A stretch of 63,979 bases of DNA, counting the filler, from Octopus bimaculoides (taxonomy: Eukaryota): the NCBI RefSeq assembly GCF_001194135.2. It is 7 parts of 5 records of this genome, joined end to end, with 100 filler letters (N's around TTAATTAATTAA, not from the genome) between each part and the next. Parts side by side here need not be neighbours in the genome. Positions count along the whole stretch, not along the records: positions 62,831 to 63,979 come from NC_068991.1; 6 more parts are not named here. One strand, given 5' to 3'. The notes below the pieces were generated by a model. It did not search any database. It was not told the DNA's origin and saw only the letters and a list, made by a program, of their open reading frames with translations. A program made the position numbers and the translations under genes. Below, in pieces: positions 62,731 through 63,979 of this stretch. The stretch's first letter is position 1; each line of letters opens with the position of its first letter.

Positions 62731-63696
62731 NNNNNNNNNNNNNNNNNNNNNNNNNNNNNNNNNNNNNNNNNNNNTTAATTAATTAANNNNNNNNNNNNNN
62801 NNNNNNNNNNNNNNNNNNNNNNNNNNNNNNTATATATATATAATGTATGTGTGTGTGTATTCAAAAAGAGCCATCGTTAATAAAACCAATAAACACACTC
62901 ACCGGTTGTTTGTCTTAGAGTATCTTACACTCAAGCATTTGATGTTTATTTATATATCACTGGGTATACATTTTCTCTTTTAAATACTAGGTTGATAACT
63001 AAAAGAAAAAAAAAAAGAGGCAAGTATTTCAAACGAAAAAGATGTACCCCTTGAGAAAGCTACAAATTGGTATAGCCAATAATACTGTAGGGGACAAAAA
63101 CAAACATCAAATACACACGCGTATGTGCGCGGGTGTGCAGTGTGTGTGTGTGCATTTATGTATATGTATATGTACATATGTATATGTACATATGTATATG
63201 TACATATGCTTGTTTATAAATATGTTTATATTTTCGCCTCTATATATGTATGTGTGTCTTGCCCAAAACAACGTTGGATAGCGAACATTAAGCTTTCAGG
63301 TATAAAACAGCATTAAGTTTGTAAAATTATCAATTACAGCAGATTTTTGGATGTTAGCAGTTAAAAGTTCATTGAAAGCATTTTTAAACGAACTCTTATA
63401 GTGTTTGGGAAATGAAGTAATGTAATATCCAGATGTGAATCATTGTTAGGCAATATAAAAACATCGAAAGTAATCTGGTAACATCTGGAGGTAACTATCA
63501 GCATTATATATGCTGTCAAAATGTTAATATCCATTTAAACCAGAACTATGTCTTGCAACCCGGACAAAATAAATCCAGGACAGATGACATCTTATGAGTA
63601 TTATCATGCAGTATAGACTTGTAACTACCGACTAATAGCTCCTTTGCAAACGAAGTATTACCTAAGATAAACAAAGTCTGGATGTCTTCCACTTAC

Positions 63697-63903
63697 TTTT
63701 TACTCTTTTACTCTTTTACTTGTTTCAGTCATTTGACTGCGGCCATGCTGGAGCACCGCCTTTAGTCGAGCAAATCAACCCCGGGACTTATTCTTTGTAA
63801 GCCTAGTACTTATTCTATCGGTCTCTTTCGCTGAACCGCTAAGTTACGGGGACGTAAACACACCAGCATCGGTTGTCAAGCAATGCTAGGGGGACAAACA
63901 CAG

Positions 63904-63936
<33 letters not shown>

Positions 63937-63979
63937 CATATAAACGACGGGCTTCTTTCAGCTTCCATCTACCAAATCC
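63697..63979 (-). mobile_element. tRNA-derived SINE (family of 55002-55412), cut by the window end
   Basis: TTTTACTC tail repeats and the shared body sequence. Confidence 0.9.

Overview
AT-rich, microsatellite-dense eukaryotic genomic scaffold with many N gaps. The SINE-like families and repeat landscape look like an octopod cephalopod genome; this is an inference, not a search result. One host gene is clearly supported: a minus-strand SLC16/MCT-type monocarboxylate transporter with three in-phase coding exons (41820-42069, 41181-41324, 38010-38282) covering TM1-6. No TM7-12 exons are visible. Two tandemly duplicated candidate terminal exons lie downstream (31841-31951, 31244-31324). The rest is mostly mobile DNA: Helitron-type elements, mariner, Merlin-like, piggyBac and Chapaev3-like DNA transposon remnants, CR1-, RTE-, R4/Dong- and Penelope-like retroelements, and many tRNA-derived SINEs. 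The most notable unexplained structures are four. First, a satellite built from head-to-tail ~300-bp mini-Helitrons with higher-order duplication. Second, a 1.57-kb element capped at both ends by outward-facing Helitron 3' termini. Third, a Merlin-like MITE carrying telomeric repeats. Fourth, minimal hammerhead ribozyme motifs, one of them in sense orientation in the likely intronic region downstream of transporter exon 3.
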